In this document: piece by piece, positions 36,148 through 45,346 of the stretch
Numbering within the stretch: the first letter of the stretch is position 1
How the letters are laid out: the number at the start of each line of letters is the position of its first letter
Virus record (IMG/VR): IMGVR_UViG_3300025141_000131
Span: 1 to 53,531 of that record
DNA: 53,531 nt
Source: a virus
Lineage: Duplodnaviria; Caudoviricetes
Direction: 5' to 3' (one strand)
Notes under the pieces: generated by a model
Database searches by the model: none
What the model was told of the DNA's origin: nothing
The model's input: only the letters and a program-made list of their open reading frames with translations
Program-made: the position numbers and the translations under genes

Positions 36148-39100
36148 ATGGCACAAACTATTAATACTTTTGTTAAAAGTAAATTAAATAAAGACCTAGA
36201 CGCTCGTTTATTACCAAACGGAGAGTATAGAGATGCTACTAATGTACAAGTTGCTAAATCTGAGGGTCCAAATGTGGGTTCATTAGAAAATGTATTAGGA
36301 AATAAAGAAGAAATTAATTTTGACACTGCAACAGGTACTGGTGCAAACTGGTATTGTATTGGGTATGTAACCAATGAGAGTGATAGTTCAGCTTATTTAT
36401 TTTTAACTGATTATACAGATCCTGTTCCTAGTAATTATACTTATTCTACTACCGCAAACAATGCTATAGTAAAATTTACTGCCTCATCTAATCCAAACAG
36501 TGTAGGTACTACTACTCTTTTAGTATCTGGAGCTTTTTTAAATTTCTCCAGAACTAATCCTATATATGGAATAAATTTATTAGAAAATTTATTATACTGG
36601 ACAGATAATAGAAATCAACCTAGAGTAATAAATTGGGATACAGCTATCGCTACAGCTGGATATTATACTACAGAAGATCAAATATCTGTAGCTAAATACA
36701 ATCCTTATGCTGCAATGTATTTGTGGCGATCAGCTCATTCTTCTGCAGCTGTTCCTTATGAAACTACTATGCAAGATGTTACTAGTTTGTATCAACCTAA
36801 TGGAGGCCAAGCTAATGTTAACGATCCAGGAGGATTTGCTGGAGGATCACCTGATATAGTAATAGATAGTATTAAAGGTAATATTTTAGACGGAGGTGGA
36901 CCTGATGTCGATAGTCCTTATAGTGCTACAGGTGCTACTATTTATTATGTAGCAAGTGATGGAACAATGACATCTACTTCTAGAACTGTAGATTCTTATG
37001 ACGCAAGTACTAATACTTTAACAGCTTCTGCTAATTTACCCGCTTTAAATGATAATACAGTTTTAGTATTTAATCCTAATTATTTTTATGATAAATCCTA
37101 TGCTGGTGATGAAGATTACTTAGAGGATAAATTTGTGAGATTTAGTTATAGATTTAAATTTGATAATGGAGAGTATTCACTTATGGCTCCATTTACTCAA
37201 GAAGCTTTTATACCTAAACAAGATGGATATTTCATGTATGTAGAAAATGGAGATGATATACCTAAAAAAGATGATCAAACAGATAGTTATAGAAGTACTA
37301 TTGTACGGTTTATGGAAAACAAAGTAGATGAACTTCAATTAAGAGTTCCACTACCATTTGCAGGGAATGCTTTAGAAACTAGTCTTAAGGTTACAGAAAT
37401 GGATATTCTATATAAAGAATCTGATGGTTTGGCTGTAAAAGTTATAGAGACTATTCCAGTAGCAGATATTGCTACAGCTGCCGCGGCTACTTTAATATAT
37501 GATTATACTTATCTATCTCAAAAACCTTTTAAAACTCTTCCTAGTGATGAACTAACTAGAGTAGCAGATAAAATACCAGTAAGAGCATTAGCACAAGAAG
37601 TCTCAGGTAATAGAGTAATATATGGAAATTATCAAAACAAACATACTCCTAAAGATACATTAAATTACAATGTAGCTGTTGATGAAAAAGAAGCATTTAG
37701 TTTACAAGACGGTACAGCGACATCTACAGCGCCAACTGGTAGTGTAACCGCGGGAACATCTATTACAATTGGAACAGTTGTAGGCACTATAATGGTTGGA
37801 AGTATAGTTACAAGTTCTACAGTTGGGGTTACAATTCCTGCTAACACGTTGGTTACTGGTGGTAATTTAAGTACAACATTAATCCTTAATAATAATGTTA
37901 CTTTGGTCGATCCAAGTTCTTTGGTTTTTACCGCTGTTGGCCCTGATACACAAACTGTTAGTAAAGTAGAATATCCTAATCATAATTTAAAACAAAATAG
38001 AAATTATCAAGTAGGAGTAGTATTATCTGATAGGTATGGTAGACAATCTACAGTTATTTTATCTAATAACGATACAGTTTCTACAATAGGTAGTTCTTCG
38101 TTTATCGGTGATACTGTATATTCAGCCTACAATAGTCCCGGTATAGAGCCAGAAGACTGGCCTGGAGATTCTCTTAAAGTCTTATTTAATGACCCTATAA
38201 CTCCTAATAATTTCAATCCTATTACCAAATGGCCTGGAATATATAATGGGGACTCTACAAGTGCTAACTACAATCCACTAGGTTGGTATTCGTATAAAAT
38301 AGTAGTTAAACAAACAGAACAAGAATATTATAATGTATATTTACCTGGAATTATTGCATCATATCCAGAGGATCAAACTCTAGAATTAGGTAGTACATCG
38401 TTTACAACTCTGATAAATGATAATATTAACAAAGTACCTAGAGACTTAACAGAACTAGGACCAACTCAAAAACAGTTTAGAAGTTCTGTTCAATTATTTG
38501 GAAGAGTAGAGAACACATCTACAGCTCCTACATATACTGGAGCGATTATTCAAAACATAGGTCAAACAAATACTCCTTATTTTCCAGGTCGAGCTACAGA
38601 TACTGTTTCTACAGTTTCTACTTTAGATGATTTATTTGGGTATAACCCTACAGATCCACCTAGGCCAGATAATTACGGAGCATTTTATGCTTTATCTTCT
38701 AATCCTTTAGTAGCTAAAATTAGTACAGATGCTCAAATTGGGCAAACAGTAACAACTAATTACGCTAACTCTAGTGGGTTGGTAGATTTACAATTAGGAA
38801 CAGCTCAAACCGATACGGTAGGTACAGTAACTGCTACTACTTTTGCTATAGATAATGTTACTGGTAATATTGCAGTAGATTCAACTGTTACTGGTTCAGG
38901 TATAATAGGAACTGTTTATGTGACCGCTTATGTAGGTGGTGATATAACGTTAAGCCAAGAAGTAACGTTAGCTAATAATACTCTTTTAACTTTTAACTCT
39001 ACTGATCTTTCATCTAGTACTATTTTATTAAAGAATGTTATTGGAACCCCAACAGCTGGTTCTTGGATTGTAGGTTATGGGATTTCTGAAGGTATATATG

Positions 39101-40641
39101 TAGGAAATTACACAAGCGCTACAACAAGTACTGGTACCATTAGTGTAGTAGATGCTACTAATGCGGCTTATAATATAACTGTATTAGAAAATGATAGATT
39201 AGATTTTTATCCTGGATTTGATCACCCTGATTTAGGTACTTTAATTAGACCAGGCGCACAGTATTTAGCTATATATGAAACAGAACCAGTAGAATCTTTA
39301 TTAGATTTATATTGGGAAACGTCTTCAAGTGGAATTCTTAGTGATTTAAATACTTTGATATTAAATTCAACTGGAGGTGCTTCAGAACTCTCTACTTTTA
39401 ATACATCTAACTGGAATGAAGGCTTAGATGATGGAGCTGATATATTAAATAATGATTTTACTTTACAAAACGGATTTGGAGTTGATATTGCTCCAGGAGA
39501 CATTGATAGTGTAACGATTGATAGTGTAAAAGATGGTAATGGTATAGATAGACAACTAACCGCTAATGGAGGACCTTATTTTGCTTTAGAAGCAGGTGCT
39601 TCAGGTTATTATAACATTATCACAACAACTAATTATTATAATAATATATATTTTAGTGCTCCTACTAATGATCCAACTAGAATGTTTACTTTTGCTTTTA
39701 ACACAACTACAAGTGTTGATGGTGAGATATCTAATAATGAATTTTCAGAAACCGCTGGGCCACTTAATGTAACACCAACAAGAACAGGTACTATTGATCC
39801 ATCTGATGGAGATACAATATATAAATCAAGAATAGATACAAGTGTAATAGCAGCATGTGATTTTAAGAATGGTGCTCATAATACTGCTTTACAATGGAAA
39901 GATTTAACATTAGAATTCCAAAGTATAGTGAATCTAGCTGGTGATGAATGTAAAGATTTAGGTTATTTTGCTTTAACAGTTACTCAAACAGGAACTATTC
40001 AAAGAGCAGAAATTACTATCAACAATCCTGCTCTACCTATAGATATATATGATATTACTGTGCAAGCACAAGATGCTGGTATTTCTCCTGTAGCAACATA
40101 TAACTTTTCCGTAGATTTTAGAACTATAGTTAATTATTCAGAAAATGCTTATATATGGACAAAAGGATGTTATGAACTTATAAATTGGCCTATTATTTTA
40201 TTTGAGGTAACTACTTCGGGTATAACTGCTAATAAAGGTTGGTATGCTTATTTACCTCCTATTGATGGTGGTTTAAGTAATTTAGCAGATGGTAGTGTAA
40301 TAACCTTAGATAAAACAAACGCGTACACAACCTGCCCAGATGATGGAGGACCTGGACCAAATTGGGGAGATACATTATTTGTTTATGAAGAAGCAACTCC
40401 TTCTCAAGCAGGATTAAATACTTTATTAGACACAGTGCTTTGCGCTCAAGGTTTAAACGGTACCATGGGAAGCGGACTTGATTGCCCACCTTATAATTGT
40501 GAGAATGTTGCTGGCTGTGGTGATACAGGATGTTATGAAGGTTATACTTATGATTATGGAAGTGGATCCCCGGAAAACTGTGGCGGAAGTGAAACTGCGG
40601 AAATAATTGATATAACTTCTTATGCAATAGAAATAATATAA
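36148..40641 (+). CDS. tail stabilisation/nozzle protein, N-terminal part (P22 gp10/crAss muzzle-like)
   Basis: LNKDLDARLLPNGEYRDATN, LLYWTDNRNQPR.IN and YQVGVVLSDRYGR motifs. Confidence 0.68.
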   Translation: MAQTINTFVKSKLNKDLDARLLPNGEYRDATNVQVAKSEGPNVGSLENVLGNKEEINFDTATGTGANWYCIGYVTNESDSSAYLFLTDYTDPVPSNYTYSTTANNAIVKFTASSNPNSVGTTTLLVSGAFLNFSRTNPIYGINLLENLLYWTDNRNQPRVINWDTAIATAGYYTTEDQISVAKYNPYAAMYLWRSAHSSAAVPYETTMQDVTSLYQPNGGQANVNDPGGFAGGSPDIVIDSIKGNILDGGGPDVDSPYSATGATIYYVASDGTMTSTSRTVDSYDASTNTLTASANLPALNDNTVLVFNPNYFYDKSYAGDEDYLEDKFVRFSYRFKFDNGEYSLMAPFTQEAFIPKQDGYFMYVENGDDIPKKDDQTDSYRSTIVRFMENKVDELQLRVPLPFAGNALETSLKVTEMDILYKESDGLAVKVIETIPVADIATAAAATLIYDYTYLSQKPFKTLPSDELTRVADKIPVRALAQEVSGNRVIYGNYQNKHTPKDTLNYNVAVDEKEAFSLQDGTATSTAPTGSVTAGTSITIGTVVGTIMVGSIVTSSTVGVTIPANTLVTGGNLSTTLILNNNVTLVDPSSLVFTAVGPDTQTVSKVEYPNHNLKQNRNYQVGVVLSDRYGRQSTVILSNNDTVSTIGSSSFIGDTVYSAYNSPGIEPEDWPGDSLKVLFNDPITPNNFNPITKWPGIYNGDSTSANYNPLGWYSYKIVVKQTEQEYYNVYLPGIIASYPEDQTLELGSTSFTTLINDNINKVPRDLTELGPTQKQFRSSVQLFGRVENTSTAPTYTGAIIQNIGQTNTPYFPGRATDTVSTVSTLDDLFGYNPTDPPRPDNYGAFYALSSNPLVAKISTDAQIGQTVTTNYANSSGLVDLQLGTAQTDTVGTVTATTFAIDNVTGNIAVDSTVTGSGIIGTVYVTAYVGGDITLSQEVTLANNTLLTFNSTDLSSSTILLKNVIGTPTAGSWIVGYGISEGIYVGNYTSATTSTGTISVVDATNAAYNITVLENDRLDFYPGFDHPDLGTLIRPGAQYLAIYETEPVESLLDLYWETSSSGILSDLNTLILNSTGGASELSTFNTSNWNEGLDDGADILNNDFTLQNGFGVDIAPGDIDSVTIDSVKDGNGIDRQLTANGGPYFALEAGASGYYNIITTTNYYNNIYFSAPTNDPTRMFTFAFNTTTSVDGEISNNEFSETAGPLNVTPTRTGTIDPSDGDTIYKSRIDTSVIAACDFKNGAHNTALQWKDLTLEFQSIVNLAGDECKDLGYFALTVTQTGTIQRAEITINNPALPIDIYDITVQAQDAGISPVATYNFSVDFRTIVNYSENAYIWTKGCYELINWPIILFEVTTSGITANKGWYAYLPPIDGGLSNLADGSVITLDKTNAYTTCPDDGGPGPNWGDTLFVYEEATPSQAGLNTLLDTVLCAQGLNGTMGSGLDCPPYNCENVAGCGDTGCYEGYTYDYGSGSPENCGGSETAEIIDITSYAIEII

Positions 40642-41063
40642 TGATAACAAGAAAAAAAATAGAAGAAACTATTAAAAAAATTCATAAACAAAACTGGAAA
40701 GGATATATGTTATATTTTATAGGAGGAGTGGTAGAAGATAGAGAGACAAAAGATATAGATATTTTTGTAACTGGTAATGGAGATGAAAAAGAATTAGTAA
40801 AATCTATAAACAATGTGCAAGAAAGAGGTTTAGTTGATTTTTTTGTAGTAGAAAATGTAGATGAAGAAAAAACAGGAATCCAGTTTGATAAAGAAGAAAA
40901 ATTTGCTAAAACTTATCCTTCTTTTTATGATAAAAGTAAAGGATACAAAGAGGGTTTATATTGGAGAAAGTTTATAGGAAGAGATAAATGTGCTCCATGT
41001 GAGAAAGAAAATAACAATACAAATATACAAAAACCGTTATTGATATATAATGGTGTAATTTAA
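40641..41063 (+). CDS. small Pol-beta-superfamily nucleotidyltransferase
   Basis: LYFIGG......TKDIDIFV signature with a candidate third acid in VDFF. Confidence 0.62.
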   Translation: MITRKKIEETIKKIHKQNWKGYMLYFIGGVVEDRETKDIDIFVTGNGDEKELVKSINNVQERGLVDFFVVENVDEEKTGIQFDKEEKFAKTYPSFYDKSKGYKEGLYWRKFIGRDKCAPCEKENNNTNIQKPLLIYNGVI

Positions 41064-41086
41064 GAGTAAAATAAGTAATAATATAT

Positions 41087-43015
41087 ATGGGAGCTGTAGT
41101 AGAAGTAAAATATTTTAATTCCTTCGTTTTAAGAAAGACTTTAACAGGCCAACTTCAACCAATATGGAATGGATCTTTTGGTATTCCTAGTGATCTTAAT
41201 GGTGGTTTTCCAGTTACTGCTGAAAACACTGATCAACCAGATAATTGGGCTATAGAAGAAGCAAGAATAAGAGGAGGTTATAATAATACTTCTACTAGTT
41301 ATGGAGCGAAAGCTTATTTAGTAGAAGAAGAACCCAATGCTTTTGTTAGGTTTAATGCTATGATATACTCAGGTATATTTAATTCTAGAACCGGTATTAA
41401 TGATACCAATGTGTTTAGCGTGGGAAAAGATATTAGTAAAGCAACTGATCCTGCAAACGGTTCAATACAAAGACTTTACGCAGAAGATACAAATTTATAT
41501 ATATTTCAAGAAAACAAAGTTAGTAGAGCTTTAATAGACAAAGATGCTGTTTATTCAGCTGAAGGACAAGGTGCTATTACTTCGAGTAATTTAGTAATAG
41601 GTGTAATTCAACCTATACCAGGAAAATATGGTATTTCTCAAAACCCAGAAAGCTTTGCAGTATATGGTTATGATAAGTATTTCTCAGATAAAAACAATAA
41701 TGTTATATTAAAATTATCTAATTCGGGTATTATAGAAATTTCTAACACCGGAATGAGAGATTATTTTAGAGATGAATTAAATAGTTTAGATTTAGGAGGA
41801 ACCCCTGGTTTTGTAAGAGGTGGTTGGGATTTATACAATGGTCAATATGTAATTTCTACTCAACAAAATACAGTATATAAAGGAAGTGATGTAACTTATA
41901 ATACATTGTCATTTGAACCATTAGTTCAAGGGTGGACTAGTTTTTATAGTTATCTTCCTGATCAAATGTTTAGTGTAAGAAATAATTTTTATAGTACTAA
42001 AGGAGATAAATTATATAAACATTATTCTACTGGAGTAAATAGAGGTAGTTTTTATGGAGTTAATAATTCCAGTAATGTTACCGCAGTATTTAATCCAGAA
42101 CCTACTAGATCTAAATCTTTTAAAACTATTAGTTACGAAGGTAGTAATGGTTGGTATGTTGAATCAATGTTGTCTGATCAGACAGGTCAAAATCCAAGTG
42201 TAACACCATCAGGTCAATGGTTAAATGCTACAGATTCAGGTTTAGAAATACTTAGTTATTTAGGTGGAGAATATGTTGAACCAACTGCTAATGGACAAAC
42301 TGTCGCGGCTTCTGCTATAGCAACAGTAACTTTATTAATAGGTGGAGTAACTTCTTACAGTCTTACAGCGGCAGGAACTGGTTATACGGCAGCAACTGGT
42401 GTTGCTACTACTGTAGCACCAGCCGGTGGAACTGGTTTAACTGTAGATACAACCGTTGTTAATGGTGCTATTACCCATGTAGTTATTAATGCAGTAGGAT
42501 CAGGTTATTCAGTTGGGGATGTAGTTACTATAACTGGTGGTGGTGGTAATGCTACTTTTACAATAACATCTATACAAAGTACAACAGGAGCTATACCCGC
42601 AGGAGCTATAGTTAGTGGGATTGGTGTTAGTACAGGTACTACAGTTGTTAGTTATAATACTACTACTGGACTCTTAACATGTAACCAAGCTTTAGACGTC
42701 GCTGCAGAAGCAATATTAGATTTTACTGGTACTGTTCCTAGAGCTAATTATAATGCTTCATTAGGTACAACTAATCCAGGTTGGCCTCGTTATCATTCTG
42801 GGTTTAATAGAAAAGAAAATAAATACGTAGCTGATATAATAAATAATACTACATTAACTATGATACCAGGTGAAGTAATATTTGGTAGTGATATAAGTGG
42901 ATTAAAAGGATTTTATCTTACCACTAAAGTATCTACGGATAATATTACAAACGTGGGTGCAGAAAAACAACTATTCTCCGTAGCAACAAACTATGATATG
43001 AATAACGGTTATTAA
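41087..43015 (+). CDS. tail stabilisation/nozzle protein, C-terminal part
   Basis: NGSIQRL, YGISQNPESFA, GWTSFYSY, KSFKTISYEG, RKENKYVA motifs. Confidence 0.65.
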   Translation: MGAVVEVKYFNSFVLRKTLTGQLQPIWNGSFGIPSDLNGGFPVTAENTDQPDNWAIEEARIRGGYNNTSTSYGAKAYLVEEEPNAFVRFNAMIYSGIFNSRTGINDTNVFSVGKDISKATDPANGSIQRLYAEDTNLYIFQENKVSRALIDKDAVYSAEGQGAITSSNLVIGVIQPIPGKYGISQNPESFAVYGYDKYFSDKNNNVILKLSNSGIIEISNTGMRDYFRDELNSLDLGGTPGFVRGGWDLYNGQYVISTQQNTVYKGSDVTYNTLSFEPLVQGWTSFYSYLPDQMFSVRNNFYSTKGDKLYKHYSTGVNRGSFYGVNNSSNVTAVFNPEPTRSKSFKTISYEGSNGWYVESMLSDQTGQNPSVTPSGQWLNATDSGLEILSYLGGEYVEPTANGQTVAASAIATVTLLIGGVTSYSLTAAGTGYTAATGVATTVAPAGGTGLTVDTTVVNGAITHVVINAVGSGYSVGDVVTITGGGGNATFTITSIQSTTGAIPAGAIVSGIGVSTGTTVVSYNTTTGLLTCNQALDVAAEAILDFTGTVPRANYNASLGTTNPGWPRYHSGFNRKENKYVADIINNTTLTMIPGEVIFGSDISGLKGFYLTTKVSTDNITNVGAEKQLFSVATNYDMNNGY

Positions 43016-43030
43016 ATTAAATTAAATTAA

Positions 43031-43552
43031 ATGAAAAATTCCTTAACAAAACAAGAGTATAGTTTAGAGGAGGTTGAACGAATAAACAAGTTCCGAGAAC
43101 TTATTATGAATTTTGAAGAACAATTAGTTACATTACCAGGAGCTTATGGAAACCCTAATACTCCAGGAAGAAGCGAAGATGCAAATAAAATCAATCCTTT
43201 AAAACATACTATAGTTGGTGGTTTATATATTAGAGAAATATTTATGCCTAAAGGACAATTAATCTCTACTGGTATACATAAAAAAGAACATCCTTATTTT
43301 ATATTACAAGGAGATGTTTCTGTTTTAACTGATCAAGGTATAAAAAGAGTTAAAGCTCCTTATCATGATATAACTAAACCAGGTACTAAAAGATTAATTT
43401 ATATTCACGAAGATACAACATGGATAACAGTTCATGCAACTGAAAAAGAAAGTGTAGAAGAAATATTAGAAGATATATTAGCTAAAGATTTTAATGATCC
43501 AGAAATAAATCTTGAAGCTTTACAGAAACAATTACAATTAAAAAATAAATAA
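43031..43552 (+). CDS. cupin-like phage protein
   Basis: GLYIREIFMPKG...GIHKKEH...PGTKR...WITVH. Confidence 0.65.
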   Translation: MKNSLTKQEYSLEEVERINKFRELIMNFEEQLVTLPGAYGNPNTPGRSEDANKINPLKHTIVGGLYIREIFMPKGQLISTGIHKKEHPYFILQGDVSVLTDQGIKRVKAPYHDITKPGTKRLIYIHEDTTWITVHATEKESVEEILEDILAKDFNDPEINLEALQKQLQLKNK

Positions 43553-43553
43553 T

Positions 43554-44225
43554 ATGACAGTAGTCGCAGCAGGCGTAGTAGCCGCAGGAACCATAACAGC
43601 TGGAATTATAGCTAGTAATGCAGCGAAGAAAAAAGCACAAGCACTTGAAGCTGAAGCACGTCGTTTAGGGGCTAAAATGAATCAAATCGAAGAAAATAGA
43701 CAAGATATTATTAATCCCTACGAAGGTATGACAGATCTAAGTGGTATGATGAGTAATCCATTTGCTAGTTTAGGAGTAGCTACATCAGCTGCAGAGATGA
43801 AAATAGAGCAAGCAGATATTTCTTTAGCTAATACTTTAGATATGATAAGAACTACTGGTGGTGGATCAGGTAGTGCAACTGCACTAGCTCAAGCAGCATT
43901 ACAAAGTAAAAAAGGAGTTGCTGCTAGTATTGAAATGCAAGAAGCTCAGAATAATAAATTAAGAGTTCAAGGAGAACAAACCTTACAACAACAAAAACTG
44001 TCAGAACAAAAAAGATTACAACAAGCTGATGTGGCAGGTCAACAATTTATGTTTGCAGCTCAAGAAGATAGAGACATGCAACAACTTAATAGATTGTCTA
44101 ACCAGATAGGAGCTTTAAGAGGTCAAGCCTCTGCTCAAAGTGCAGCGGGAACAGCAGCTTTAACTGGGGCAATATCAAGTGGAATGGGTACGTTGGGCGC
44201 AGGAATATCAGCTCAAGGATCCTAA
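43554..44225 (+). CDS. putative internal virion (ejection) protein
   Basis: Ala/Gly/Gln-rich with hydrophobic Gly-rich termini; precedes the giant ORF. Confidence 0.6.
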   Translation: MTVVAAGVVAAGTITAGIIASNAAKKKAQALEAEARRLGAKMNQIEENRQDIINPYEGMTDLSGMMSNPFASLGVATSAAEMKIEQADISLANTLDMIRTTGGGSGSATALAQAALQSKKGVAASIEMQEAQNNKLRVQGEQTLQQQKLSEQKRLQQADVAGQQFMFAAQEDRDMQQLNRLSNQIGALRGQASAQSAAGTAALTGAISSGMGTLGAGISAQGS

Positions 44226-44238
44226 AATCAAAATAAAA

Positions 44239-45336
44239 ATGAAGGATAAGAACATACAAATAAATCACATGATTAAATTCATGAATCAAAGTGATGCTAT
44301 GGCATACAACATGGATTACATAGCTACCCCTACTGTTTCTGAATTTGGAATTTTAAACACAACCTTTGCCGGAACTGGAAGGTTATATGCAAAATTAAAA
44401 ACAACCATAGAAAACAACCAATGTAGTACTCCTAATTGTGAATGGGAAGTAAAACAATTAAGAAGACTAGAAGATGCTCCTCAAAAATCACTAGATTTTG
44501 TTTCCTCTGTTATGAGTCAATTAAGTATTACTGACGATAGATATTATGATGTATGTCAAAACTATGCTTATACTGTAGCTAATCAAATTATGACTAGAAA
44601 ACCAGGGTTTGGTAAAAACGAAGGTTATAACGTAGCTATAAACTTATTAGATAGTGGATCTCAAGAAATTATATTTGAAGGACCTTTCTTTGAAAAACCT
44701 TTAATAATAAACAGTTCTACATTAGAAGCTTTATCTAATGCTGGTAGTTATTTAGTAGCTACAACTCCTGATATTAACAAAGAAATGTTAAACCTATTAA
44801 GTGAATTAGGTATAATGCAGGGTGGATCTAATGATCCTGAAACAGGCGAATTAATGCCTCAAGCAAAAATAGCTGAAGAATTTATATTAAAAAACCCTGA
44901 TGGAACTTATGATTATGAAGTAGTAGAGATAGGAAATGGTATGTCTAGAAATCTTCTTAAATATGATATGGATAAAATAAGTAGAAAAATTGATCCTTTT
45001 ATAAACGCTGAAGTAGCAGGACTATTATCATCAGAACAAGAAACAGTAGCTGCTTGGAATGTATTTTTAGCTCAAGACACTAGTATAGAAGAAGATGATC
45101 AAATGGTTCAAAACGCCAATGCAGGTCATTTAGCTTGGGATTATGACGAGGTTTTACCATTATCTCAAGAACTTAAAATTGTATTTGAAGATAGATATAA
45201 AAATTATTTCTATAAAAACTACTTATTACAATTCACTACTAATCAAATTCCATCTGTACCTGAAGATGCAACGGTTTTTGAAACACCTACTGAAGAACCT
45301 CAAATGGAAGAAGAATTAGAGCAACCAGAAAATTAA
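44239..45336 (+). CDS. acidic hypothetical protein (start more likely 44239 than 44179)
   Basis: ATG at 44239 follows an A-rich leader after the upstream stop. Confidence 0.65.
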   Translation: MKDKNIQINHMIKFMNQSDAMAYNMDYIATPTVSEFGILNTTFAGTGRLYAKLKTTIENNQCSTPNCEWEVKQLRRLEDAPQKSLDFVSSVMSQLSITDDRYYDVCQNYAYTVANQIMTRKPGFGKNEGYNVAINLLDSGSQEIIFEGPFFEKPLIINSSTLEALSNAGSYLVATTPDINKEMLNLLSELGIMQGGSNDPETGELMPQAKIAEEFILKNPDGTYDYEVVEIGNGMSRNLLKYDMDKISRKIDPFINAEVAGLLSSEQETVAAWNVFLAQDTSIEEDDQMVQNANAGHLAWDYDEVLPLSQELKIVFEDRYKNYFYKNYLLQFTTNQIPSVPEDATVFETPTEEPQMEEELEQPEN

Positions 45337-45346
45337 ATAAAATAGT

